38,636 nt of DNA, taken from assembly GCA_014729495.1 (NCBI GenBank), contig WJJV01000006.1, positions 1 through 38,636 of the forward strand, read 5' to 3'. Under the pieces are notes generated by a model that was not told the DNA's origin, did not search any database, and was given only the letters and a program-made list of their open reading frames with translations. Position 1 is the stretch's first letter. Each line of letters opens with the position of its first letter. Shown in pieces: positions 24,072-32,770 of this stretch. The stretch comes from Candidatus Woesearchaeota archaeon. Its GTDB lineage: Archaea > Nanobdellota > Nanobdellia > Woesearchaeales > UBA12501. The translations under genes and the position numbers were made by a program.

Positions 24072-25169
24072 TCAGCTGCATCCCACATCCATCTCTTCGT
24101 TTTCTGCATAAGGATAGATTATATTTGCATGGAACTCATCCACTCTGAACGGAAATGGATCTGCCTCTTCAGGATCATCTGATATGCCAGTGTAATTGTA
24201 CAGGTTTCCTCCAGACTCCTTGTTGGATCGCCTGCACATGCCAGGGAACAATGGATCAAACTCATCTGCAAAGTACTGATAGTCTGCATAGCTCTTGTCC
24301 AGGTAAGGGTCTATACCCAGCTCTGTCTGCAAAGTGTCCAGCATCTCCTTTGACACAAGGGACTCTATGCCGCAGCAGGCTGAAGGGCTCAGGTTGCCTT
24401 CAAACCGCATAAGGAAGCTTGGAGCTGACTTGTTCTGGTATATGTAAAGGCCATTGTCTATGACTGTCTGCATGCCTGTCAGGCCTTGATCCTCAAGATC
24501 TATTCCTGACCTGTTTATATGCCTGACAACAATCCTGTTGGTCGCTATGGATATAAGAGGATCCTCAACACCATCCAGCTTAAGGATAGTGCTGACCTGC
24601 ACCTGAGGCCTCACTATTGACATAACTCCAGGGCTGGTGAGATTGTATCCCATTATCATGCTCACATTCACTGTCCATGCTCCTGGCTGGTAGATCCTGA
24701 TTGAAGTAAGATTGTATCTTATGATTATGTTCATCTGCTCTTGGGATATGTTAGTGAGGTTATCAAGCCATGTTGAGATATTGAGGCCTTCCATGCCTGG
24801 AAGACCCACATCCACTCCAAGATTATTTCTTATTGTTCCGTTCATTATTGACTGCTCAAGCACAGCAGTTATATTCTCTATGCGAAAATCAACACCCTCA
24901 TCAACTTTCTTTGATACAACAAACTCTGTTATGCTGTCAAATGACTTATGGGTGAGAGCGAACAAGGCTCTTGGGACATAGACCTTCTCAAAGTTCTCTG
25001 CAAAGTTATTGACAGCTGTCACCCTTACCTGAGCTCTTTCTGCGCGCTCCCTGAATGACAGAAAGTCCTGTGACGAGAAGTACATCATGAAAAGAGAGCC
25101 TATGAGCACAGCTGAGAGGGTGAAGAATATGGCCTTTTTCCTGAGCTCTGCCCTGCTGTTCACTGCCAT
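24072..25169 (-). CDS. pilin-like extracellular protein (365 aa) with a class-III-type N-terminus
   Basis: ELRKKA-IFFTLSAVLIGSLFMMYF is a basic residue plus small residue followed by a hydrophobic helix. There are at least 10 N-x-S/T sequons. The start overlaps the upstream gene end by 10 nt. Confidence 0.55.
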   Translation of the reverse strand: MAVNSRAELRKKAIFFTLSAVLIGSLFMMYFSSQDFLSFRERAERAQVRVTAVNNFAENFEKVYVPRALFALTHKSFDSITEFVVSKKVDEGVDFRIENITAVLEQSIMNGTIRNNLGVDVGLPGMEGLNISTWLDNLTNISQEQMNIIIRYNLTSIRIYQPGAWTVNVSMIMGYNLTSPGVMSIVRPQVQVSTILKLDGVEDPLISIATNRIVVRHINRSGIDLEDQGLTGMQTVIDNGLYIYQNKSAPSFLMRFEGNLSPSACCGIESLVSKEMLDTLQTELGIDPYLDKSYADYQYFADEFDPLFPGMCRRSNKESGGNLYNYTGISDDPEEADPFPFRVDEFHANIIYPYAENEEMDVGCS

Positions 25170-25687
25170 ACTCTCACCTCTGCAACAAAAGGAGGGGAAA
25201 GCTCTGTCTTGTTGTCCACAACAGCAACTATTGTCCTTGATGATACAAGTGATTCTGAGTTGTTCTGCTCCTCGCTCAGGGGGCTGATCTGGGTGTAGAC
25301 AACCCTTTCATCAATTATGAACTGGAAAGAATACTGGATGGGTGTGAGATTCTGGAGTATTACCTCAGAGAAATTCCTGAGAGATACATTATATGATCCT
25401 GGATCCTGCGTATCCTTGAGATGGAACAATGCCATCTGCTCCAGGATTGTGAGCTCATAATCAGTTATGTTTCTATTGTTTATGAGATGAAGAACAGAAG
25501 GATGGGATGAGAAATCCTTTACCTGTGTTGACTGCAGGAGGTCAATAGTGTCCTGCGCAAGGAAGTAAGGCTGTGTGACCTGTGTCTGGGTTGCCTCAGA
25601 GGACCATATAGCCAGAAAAATGACTACAAGGATGAACAGAGCCATCAATATATCCAGAGTGAAAAAATAACCTCTTTTTAGCATCAT
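25160..25687 (-). CDS. pilin-like protein (175 aa), KRG-YFFTLD prepilin-type N-terminus
   Basis: MMLKRG|YFFTLDILMALFILVVIFLAIW resembles type IV (pre)pilin signals, with a G followed by an FTL(D/E)-type helix. Several N-x-S/T sequons are present. The gene starts 9 nt after the stop of the giant gene. Confidence 0.55.
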   Translation of the reverse strand: MMLKRGYFFTLDILMALFILVVIFLAIWSSEATQTQVTQPYFLAQDTIDLLQSTQVKDFSSHPSVLHLINNRNITDYELTILEQMALFHLKDTQDPGSYNVSLRNFSEVILQNLTPIQYSFQFIIDERVVYTQISPLSEEQNNSESLVSSRTIVAVVDNKTELSPPFVAEVRVWQ

Positions 25688-25696
25688 AAACCATCA

Positions 25697-28600
25697 TCAT
25701 GACCAGGCAGTCACTATCATCTTGACAGGTCTGCCGTCTATATACACTATTCTTGTTGTCCTTATGACATCCTCTGCCTCAACTGACTCATTGAGCTCAA
25801 ACCTTGTCTTGTCCTCATCAATCTCAATCTGCTCTCCCTCGCAGCAGCGGTGCTTGATCAGAGGATTGGAAGTATCTCTGAGCAGGAGCCCCTGCTTGAC
25901 GCCTGCGCATGCTGGGTAAAGATCGCAGGTATTTCCTGCATCATCCTCAAATCCCCAGCAGTCAGCTATGCAGATATCTCCATCAAGGAGCGTACAGTCT
26001 GCTGTGCAGTCAAGGTTTATAGGGCATACATCATCAAAGTCAAGAGTGATTGTCTCACCCTGTGAGACATCTGAATAAGTAAGCTCTCTTGTGGAGCTTC
26101 CTGCATAAGATGCCCTCACAGATCCACTTCCAGAAGGTATCTCAAGAGAGTACTCTCCACTGTTGTCAGTTGTAGTTGACAAGCCTCCTGCTGTCACAGT
26201 AGCCCCTGGAAGAGGATTCTCTCCGCATGATACTGTTCCCTCAGCAATTGCTGTCTGACCTATGATTATTGTCGTGCTGTTAGGTATTCCATAATAGCCT
26301 CTTGCTGTGTCCCTTGGCCTGAGCATGACCTCATAAGTGCCGGTGGAGACTTCAGGCACACCCCATGTGAACTCAGTTCCCTGGACTCCAGGAGCTATGA
26401 CCTGGGCCAGTATGCCATCCTTGTACAGCTCAAGATCATACTCAATAGGATTGACTGATGACTGAGCAGACCATGTGAGCTCAAGATTAGTTCCCCTGGC
26501 CACAACAGTTCCGTCAAGAGGAGTATTGAATACAGCGAGACCGCAGTCAGCATCACCCACCCTGCTGTAAGGTATGCCCTCGCTGTAGAAGTTTCCTTCT
26601 CCACCTACGCAATACATATTGCCTCCTGCAGAGTCAATGATGCCACTTCTGTAGAAGTGGTTGAGGTATATCTCATTGCCTGTTGCTCCTGAAGCGAGAT
26701 TAAGGTCATTATAGTTCTCAAGCAGTGCTGCTGTTATTGTGTTGCCCGGCTTCTCTACCCTTATTCCTGTATCATAATCAGACACAGATATATTCCTCAG
26801 CACAATGCTCTCATTCCTTACAAGGATTCCTGTTCCTGAATCAGCAGAAGCAGATGCAAGCCTTGCTCCCTGGCCGTCTATTGTTATGCCAGTGTTGTTC
26901 GTTATTATGACTCCGTCATTGTCATCATCAGCTATGATGTAGAAGTATGGGCACAGCACAACATCATCATTAGCATAATAATTATTATTCTCATCAAGAG
27001 CTGTCTCAAGGTCAAGGCATGGCTCGCAGACATCACCTACACCATTTGCGTCTGTGTCAAGCTGGTCTGGATTTGAGTAGTTTGCATAGCAGTCTGCCTG
27101 AGCAGCAGGATCAGTCACATCAGCGCATGGCTCTGTAGGCACGCAGTTGTCAAAGCTGTCGCACACACCATCCTCATCCCAGTCAATGCACTGGCACTCT
27201 CCTGTATCATCATGGCATATCCTGAAATCATCTGTTGAGTCTGATATTCCTCTCACGCACTCTCCTGGAGCAAGGCAGCAGAAAGTGTCATCTGTGCCTG
27301 CTATAAGTGTCCAGTTGCCTCCCTTGCATACCTCATCAGAACTGCATTCTATGCCTCCATGGCTTGCGCAGCTCTCGCATGCTGCTGTGCATGCAGGATC
27401 AAGGCAGTCAATCTGGCCATTGCAGTCATTGTCTATGCCATCATAGCAGTTTGTCTCAAACATGCTGAGCCCGAACATTCCTGGATCATCGCAGTCTACA
27501 AGTCCGTCGCAATCATTATCTTTTCCGTCAACTATCTCAACAGCACCAGGATATACTCCTGGATCATCATCATTGCAGTCATTGCCTCCGAGAGGGCAGA
27601 GCTGGCTTCCAGTGTATGTCATTGTTCCATCACAGTAATCATCATTGTCATCATCGCATCCATTGTCTGCCAGACCATCACAGTCATTGTCCAGTCCGTC
27701 GCATATCTCTGCTTCAGGCTCGCACACGCAGAAAGGATATTCAGCGCAGTCTGGATCATCGCAGTTAGGGATTCCATCGCAGTCATCATCTATTGGATTG
27801 CCTTCTGAGTCATGATTGAGGCATGATTCATTCAGTATAAGATATTCATCACCTCCAAGAGAGACATATTCATCATCTGGAATAGCTGTTAGGGTATCAT
27901 AATAACCATATCTCCAGGTGATAGTAGAATTGAATATTGTATCTGAGCAGAGGGCTTTTGATCCTGTGCAGAAGGTCTCATTCAAAGGAGTCTCTCCTTC
28001 ACCGTCAAGTGTACTGGGATCACAGTCATCATCAATGCCATTGCATATGTCAGGCATACCAGGATTGATGCATATCGCGCATCCAGATGTATCATAAGAG
28101 CACTGGTCAACAGTTGAAGGGCATCCTGCAGGATCATCTGTCTTGTCATCATCGCAATCCTGCGCATCAGGAAATATGCAACCTCCTCTTAAGAAAGCAT
28201 CTGCTGAATCACCATAGCCGTCTCCGTCAAGATCAGTGCACTGGCATGCTACAGTTGAATTTAAAAAAGATGTATCAGATGATGCCCAAAGTATCTCATA
28301 GACTGGATCAGCCCAGGTTATGCTGCCTAAGTAAGGTCCATAATTGAGACCTTCAACAATGCTTACTTTCTCTCCAAGCCTGTTGCCGTCTATGTCTATC
28401 CTCTCAAAGTAGAGGTTTCCGCCATAATTATATGTGCTGTACACAACTCCAAAGTATTCTCCATTCCATTCAACACCCTGAAGCTCCTGAAGCCCATAAG
28501 CAGTATCGCTTGTGAAGTCCACAAAGTAATCATCAACAACATTCTCTCCAGACATTGGAATCAGGTTTCCATCCATGTCAAAGAGTGCATACATCACCCT

Positions 28601-30382
28601 GATATAGTTCCTTGGAGAGTATCTTGTGGTGAACAGGGCATAAGCATTCTCTTCAGGAATCCATATTATCTGTGGCTTAGGATTTCTTGTTGAATCTATT
28701 GTATCAAGCACTATAAGATCCTCAGAATCAAATACTGCTGGAGCTGAGTTTCCATCACCATCCATATCTATGGGGTTTCCTGCTGCATCTATGGCAGTGT
28801 ATAGGATCTCATTATTGTATCTTGTCCTCCTGTCTCTCCAGACAAGAGCATACTCTCCCTCTGCAGTCCCATCTCCATCCCTGTCAATGTCAGGATTCCA
28901 GACAAGGTCAGGGTATTCAGATTCATAATCATTATATGTTATCCTTGCATCAGAACTTCCGCATGAACCAAATCCGAAATGGAGGTCCTCCGCATTAGTG
29001 AGATCGCTGTTCTCAGGATGCGACTCAACGCAAACAATCCCAGGATCTGCAGCAGGATCATCTTTAGCTGTTGCTTCTGTACCCCAATCATAAGGGAAAT
29101 ATCCTGAAGAATCATCACCACCTATCTTATTGCATTCCTGCCAGTCGCATTCAGCAATATCTCTTCCATCCACAAGCCCGTCGCAGTCATTATCATAACC
29201 ATCAAAGCAGTCCTCAGGGATTGAGGAACAATACTTGCATCCTATATCAGCAGAGCAGTCCTCATCATCGCAGTCAACAAATCCGTCGCAGTCATCATCA
29301 ATATAGTTTCCGCATACCTCAGCACTGCACAAGCCTGACTCCAGGATAACGCACTGATGATTGCTGACAACCTCAACATCATAAGCCATTATCCCCGGGA
29401 TCTCTTTGAGAGTGTCTGCTCCGCACTCAACCATTCCGCTGGAATGTATGAGGCACCTGTAATCACTTATCAATACAGGCGACACATCAATAGCATCAGT
29501 AACACCTGTATCTTCAGGTGTCCTGTCCCAGCAGGAAACTGTTCCATCAGACAGCACAGCGCATTTTGGTGAGACTTCTAATGCATCTGTGATGCCTTCT
29601 ACATAAGCAGGAGACTCCCATATGGTCACATAGTTCTTTCCCCAGCACTTCACAGCACCATAAGCTAGCTTAGCGCATGTGAAAAATCCTGAGGATGACA
29701 CTTCAACAGCATGCTCAACATCAATAACAGGCTCTGCTTTTGGGTGAGGATCCCAGTCCTGGACTCCCTGGCCAAGATTATAATCCCTGTTCCTTCCCCA
29801 GCAGGCAACAGTATAGTCTGGAAGCAATGCGCAGCTGTGGTCATTGCCTACAGCAATATCAATAGCTGATATAGGATTGTCAGACTGGTCAATAACCTGC
29901 ACAGGAGAATTCCTGTTCTCTCCAGATGTTCCATCACCAAGCTGGCCGAATGCATTGTATCCCCAGCAGTACACAGGGCTTCCGTCAGACATATCGCCGT
30001 CATCAACAAGAGCACAGGTATGGTAATGGCCTGCCTCAACCTGAAGAACACCTGATAATGCACTTACCTGCAATGGATCAGCATTCGTGAATGAAGAGTA
30101 ACCAACACCCAGCTGTCCGAGATTGCCTCTTCCCCAGCACCATAATGTCTTGTCATCCTTTATTGCGCAGGTGTGGTCTGTGCCAACTGCAATATCAACA
30201 GCATCAGCAATTCCAGAGACCTCAACAGGAGCATCGCTGGCATCAGTGCTGCCATCTCCCAGCTGGCCATAATCATTGCTTCCCCAGCAGGCCATGTTGC
30301 TCTGCGCACTGGCCAGACCCATACAAAGCACAGCCATGACTACAATAACCATCCACATTCCGGGTCTCTTTGCTTTGTTCAT
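25697..30382 (-). CDS. giant secreted multidomain protein (1561 aa): RCC1-like propeller, MopE-like Cys motifs, W-x-G repeat propeller, TSP3-like repeats, right-handed beta-helix, CarboxypepD_reg-like domain
   Basis: The ATG at 30382 gives MNKAKRPGMWMVIVVMAVLCMGLASAQS, a signal peptide. The track start at 30397 is TTG. CWG..GQLGDG repeats occur at least four times. Other motifs are DNDCDG / DCDD..PGA.E.C.G.DDDCD, DWDEDGVCDSFDNC...NPDQLDTDANGVGDVCE, NNTGITIDGQGARL...GILVRN...GIRVE, and GATVTAGGLSTTTDNSGEYSLEIPSG. Confidence 0.8.
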   Translation of the reverse strand: MNKAKRPGMWMVIVVMAVLCMGLASAQSNMACWGSNDYGQLGDGSTDASDAPVEVSGIADAVDIAVGTDHTCAIKDDKTLWCWGRGNLGQLGVGYSSFTNADPLQVSALSGVLQVEAGHYHTCALVDDGDMSDGSPVYCWGYNAFGQLGDGTSGENRNSPVQVIDQSDNPISAIDIAVGNDHSCALLPDYTVACWGRNRDYNLGQGVQDWDPHPKAEPVIDVEHAVEVSSSGFFTCAKLAYGAVKCWGKNYVTIWESPAYVEGITDALEVSPKCAVLSDGTVSCWDRTPEDTGVTDAIDVSPVLISDYRCLIHSSGMVECGADTLKEIPGIMAYDVEVVSNHQCVILESGLCSAEVCGNYIDDDCDGFVDCDDEDCSADIGCKYCSSIPEDCFDGYDNDCDGLVDGRDIAECDWQECNKIGGDDSSGYFPYDWGTEATAKDDPAADPGIVCVESHPENSDLTNAEDLHFGFGSCGSSDARITYNDYESEYPDLVWNPDIDRDGDGTAEGEYALVWRDRRTRYNNEILYTAIDAAGNPIDMDGDGNSAPAVFDSEDLIVLDTIDSTRNPKPQIIWIPEENAYALFTTRYSPRNYIRVMYALFDMDGNLIPMSGENVVDDYFVDFTSDTAYGLQELQGVEWNGEYFGVVYSTYNYGGNLYFERIDIDGNRLGEKVSIVEGLNYGPYLGSITWADPVYEILWASSDTSFLNSTVACQCTDLDGDGYGDSADAFLRGGCIFPDAQDCDDDKTDDPAGCPSTVDQCSYDTSGCAICINPGMPDICNGIDDDCDPSTLDGEGETPLNETFCTGSKALCSDTIFNSTITWRYGYYDTLTAIPDDEYVSLGGDEYLILNESCLNHDSEGNPIDDDCDGIPNCDDPDCAEYPFCVCEPEAEICDGLDNDCDGLADNGCDDDNDDYCDGTMTYTGSQLCPLGGNDCNDDDPGVYPGAVEIVDGKDNDCDGLVDCDDPGMFGLSMFETNCYDGIDNDCNGQIDCLDPACTAACESCASHGGIECSSDEVCKGGNWTLIAGTDDTFCCLAPGECVRGISDSTDDFRICHDDTGECQCIDWDEDGVCDSFDNCVPTEPCADVTDPAAQADCYANYSNPDQLDTDANGVGDVCEPCLDLETALDENNNYYANDDVVLCPYFYIIADDDNDGVIITNNTGITIDGQGARLASASADSGTGILVRNESIVLRNISVSDYDTGIRVEKPGNTITAALLENYNDLNLASGATGNEIYLNHFYRSGIIDSAGGNMYCVGGEGNFYSEGIPYSRVGDADCGLAVFNTPLDGTVVARGTNLELTWSAQSSVNPIEYDLELYKDGILAQVIAPGVQGTEFTWGVPEVSTGTYEVMLRPRDTARGYYGIPNSTTIIIGQTAIAEGTVSCGENPLPGATVTAGGLSTTTDNSGEYSLEIPSGSGSVRASYAGSSTRELTYSDVSQGETITLDFDDVCPINLDCTADCTLLDGDICIADCWGFEDDAGNTCDLYPACAGVKQGLLLRDTSNPLIKHRCCEGEQIEIDEDKTRFELNESVEAEDVIRTTRIVYIDGRPVKMIVTAWS

Positions 30383-30393
30383 TCTATCTATTA

Positions 30394-30810
30394 TCAAGTA
30401 TTGATCTCTCTGGGAAGAACGCTCTTGACAAACTCAAGAGCTGACTTTGTCTTCTCTTCAGAAACCTCTTCTGCTCCATATACAGCTAAATTTCTCAGTT
30501 TCCTCAGTTCATCAAAATTATCCAGCATCCCAGAATCCATTTCAGAATAATTCTCTTTCAGATAAGCTATCAGGACTTCATGCGAGTAAGGCTTGTACCC
30601 ATCTGCGCAAAGAACTGCCTGCGCTGCTTCCCTCAGGCTTTCATAGACATCCTCAAATATGAATCCCGAATTATCATCTGAGAGGGTCTGTGATTCAATA
30701 TATTTCAGCCTATCCTCTGCCTTTTTCATAAGCGAAGCTGCCATCTCATTGTCTGGCTGCTGTTTCACTGCTTTTTTCTCTTTCATGTAAAACTCAAAGC
30801 TTCTTATCAT
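30394..30810 (-). CDS. HEPN-domain protein (toxin partner of MNT)
   Basis: A ~138-aa helical protein with ...LREAAQAVLCADGYKPYSHEVLIAYL... and ELRKLRNLAVYG (the R-x-x-R-N-x-x-x-Y region typical of PF05168-type HEPN). It overlaps the upstream nucleotidyltransferase gene by 4 nt. Confidence 0.65.
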   Translation of the reverse strand: MIRSFEFYMKEKKAVKQQPDNEMAASLMKKAEDRLKYIESQTLSDDNSGFIFEDVYESLREAAQAVLCADGYKPYSHEVLIAYLKENYSEMDSGMLDNFDELRKLRNLAVYGAEEVSEEKTKSALEFVKSVLPREINT

Positions 30811-31334
30811 TTTATCAGTCTCAAAAAACCATGGAGCGTGATTCCATTCGCAAGATTGTTCCTGAACTCCTTGCTGGCTTTGTCAAGCTTTATCTTATGG
30901 ATGTTTATCCTCCTTTTCAGGCTTTTCTCGTATTTTGCTGTGTTGATGTCTTTTTTCTTGTCTGTTATGACTGCAATGTCAATGTCTGATCTGCCTGTGT
31001 CCTCTCCTCTTGCATAGCTGCCGAAAAGCACTACTGCTTCTGGCAGGTACTTCTCTGCAATCTCCCTGATCACTCCGCAGCTTGATATGCTGTAGATGTT
31101 TGATGCTCTTTTCAGGGCAACAAACTCTTTGTTGTCAGTATTTGCCAGGTAGTTGTCTGTCACCCTGGTCTTTTCCTTTGAAACAAGGTCCTGTTTCACA
31201 AGCTTCCTCAGGATCTTCAGGACTCCTGCAGGCGACAGGCCTGTGAGCCTTGCTATCTCCCTCAGGTGGAAGCTTGTGTCTGGATTCTGCAGGAACATAT
31301 CCATGACCCTGTCTGTGTTTGTTTTTGTGAACAT
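30807..31334 (-). CDS. wHTH-fused minimal nucleotidyltransferase (MNT antitoxin-type)
   Basis: The N-terminal HLREIARLTGLSPAGVLKILRKLVKQDLV is a wHTH. VVLFGSYARGEDTGRSDIDIAVI matches the GS-x10-D-x-D NTase motif. Confidence 0.75.
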   Translation of the reverse strand: MFTKTNTDRVMDMFLQNPDTSFHLREIARLTGLSPAGVLKILRKLVKQDLVSKEKTRVTDNYLANTDNKEFVALKRASNIYSISSCGVIREIAEKYLPEAVVLFGSYARGEDTGRSDIDIAVITDKKKDINTAKYEKSLKRRINIHKIKLDKASKEFRNNLANGITLHGFLRLIK

Positions 31335-31356
31335 ATGTTAACTCCAGTTAACATAT
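31333..31356. promoter_or_regulatory. perfect 10-bp inverted repeat (putative operator) overlapping the MNT start codon
   Basis: The sequence is atatgttaac-tcca-gttaacatat. On the minus strand it lies between a tttaaatatata TATA-like element and the ATG at 31334. Confidence 0.5.
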
Positions 31357-31387
31357 ATATTTAAATGTTGTGTTTTTTCTTTATTGT

Positions 31388-31474
31388 TTACTTTAATGAA
31401 CATTTGTTTACTTTTGTTGACACCACTCTGGCTGCCAAAACAGTCCACATTCCGGGTCTCTTTGGATTTGCCAT
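31388..31474 (-). pseudogene. orphan 5' end of a giant-protein paralog (28 codons)
   Basis: MANPKRPGMWTVLAARVV...* shares a 21-nt identical stretch, caaagagacccggaatgtgga, with the start of the 25697-30382 gene (MNKAKRPGMWMV...). Confidence 0.35.
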
Positions 31475-31500
31475 TTTGTTCTTGTTTTTAGGTTATTTGT

Positions 31501-32304
31501 TTATCTGCAGCAGGTTATAAATATTCCTTCTCTGCACCGGTTACCCATTCCTCCTCCAGCATGGCATTTCAGATTAATTTGTCCCGGCCATCTGTCTTGC
31601 ACACCTATATACATATATTCTCCTTCACTGTGCCAGGTATCTCTAAAAAATGCATAGTCCACATCAAGCAATACAGGATGTGTGGATGGACACTGCAAAT
31701 TTATAGTATCACCATTTGAATTAAATTCATAACCTCCTGAAGTCAGATCATTCTCAACACTTTTGCTTCCACTATTTGCAGGTTTTCCATAAAACAGAAC
31801 ATCACATCTGCCTGGCATGAAGTTTCCTGAGACAGCAAAATCTCCATTAACTCTGGTATTACCACCTAAAACAAGATCTGAAGTTGAATCTGAATTGGAG
31901 ATAGCACCAGATACATGCAGTCGGTCATCTATAGTCACTATATCCCCATCAGGATTTAATACTGAACCACTAACCTCAATATTTCCACCTACAGCAGCAT
32001 CATTAGTGATATCCAGGCCATTAGTGCCTTCAACTCTTGTGTAACCTGTGACAACAAGCTGGTCATCTACTATAACATTGCCTGCTGGGTCTGCATTGGC
32101 TACTGTTCCTGTCAGCTTGAGGTCATCATCCACTGTCACTCCAGTGCCTGACTTGCCTGTTATCAGGTCAGTGAACAGTGTCCCATGCGATGGCTGGTCT
32201 GCACTGTATGTCTGCGCAATCACAAAACCAGCTGCTCCGATCATCACAATCACTGCAATCGTCAACCATAAGTGTTTTTTTAAAATGTTTATTTCGATTT
32301 TCAT
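31501..32304 (-). CDS. signal-anchored protein with beta-helical [VI]xGx repeats and a Cys-rich C-terminal domain (267 aa)
   Basis: The N-terminus MKIEINILKKHLWLTIAVIVMIGAAGFVIAQ is paralogous to that of the next gene. Periodic repeats are present (LKLTGTV, LVVTGYTRVEG, IEVSGSV, LHVSGAI, TRVNGDFAVSGNF). Eight Cys residues sit in the last 100 aa. Confidence 0.6.
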   Translation of the reverse strand: MKIEINILKKHLWLTIAVIVMIGAAGFVIAQTYSADQPSHGTLFTDLITGKSGTGVTVDDDLKLTGTVANADPAGNVIVDDQLVVTGYTRVEGTNGLDITNDAAVGGNIEVSGSVLNPDGDIVTIDDRLHVSGAISNSDSTSDLVLGGNTRVNGDFAVSGNFMPGRCDVLFYGKPANSGSKSVENDLTSGGYEFNSNGDTINLQCPSTHPVLLDVDYAFFRDTWHSEGEYMYIGVQDRWPGQINLKCHAGGGMGNRCREGIFITCCR

Positions 32305-32317
32305 TTTTTATCACCTT

Positions 32318-32761
32318 TTATTGCATGCCTACTGCAATCCAATATATTTCTATAGGGTTGCTTTCACCTGGCTGCTGGATTATTGTGAAGCCAGTATTAG
32401 TGACATCTGTCAGATAGAAACCATAATAGATTCCGTCATATTCACTATTAGTCTCAAAATCAGTGAATGCATCTTGAACCATCCAATCTAAGGGATCTCC
32501 TTCTAATGTTGGCTTTTTCCAGTATATCTTTATCAGAGGCTTGTCTGAGTAGGTATTCTGGAAAGTAACTGCAGTAGCTGAGTCAGCCCCCCCTGTGGTC
32601 ACAGTGCCGGACTCAATAGGGATATCACTGATCTCACTCCAGGGATGCCCCTGTGTGTTTCCTACTGCCTGAGCATAGGCAAATACTCCTATCATAATCA
32701 CTGCAATAGTAATCATCAAAGCCCAAAAATGCTTTTTTTCAATATTTATTTTAAATTCCAT
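32318..32761 (-). CDS. signal-anchored H-type-lectin-like protein (147 aa)
   Basis: The N-terminus is MEFKINIEKKHFWALMITIAVIMIGVFAYAQA. SGTVTTGG...TAVTFQNTYSDKPLI ... DVTNTGFTII...IEIYWIAVG resembles the H_lectin pattern (sG.v...vtF..F...P.v ... nvt.tGF ... v.WiA.G). This is recalled from memory, not searched. Confidence 0.5.
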   Translation of the reverse strand: MEFKINIEKKHFWALMITIAVIMIGVFAYAQAVGNTQGHPWSEISDIPIESGTVTTGGADSATAVTFQNTYSDKPLIKIYWKKPTLEGDPLDWMVQDAFTDFETNSEYDGIYYGFYLTDVTNTGFTIIQQPGESNPIEIYWIAVGMQ

Positions 32762-32770
32762 TTTCTCACC

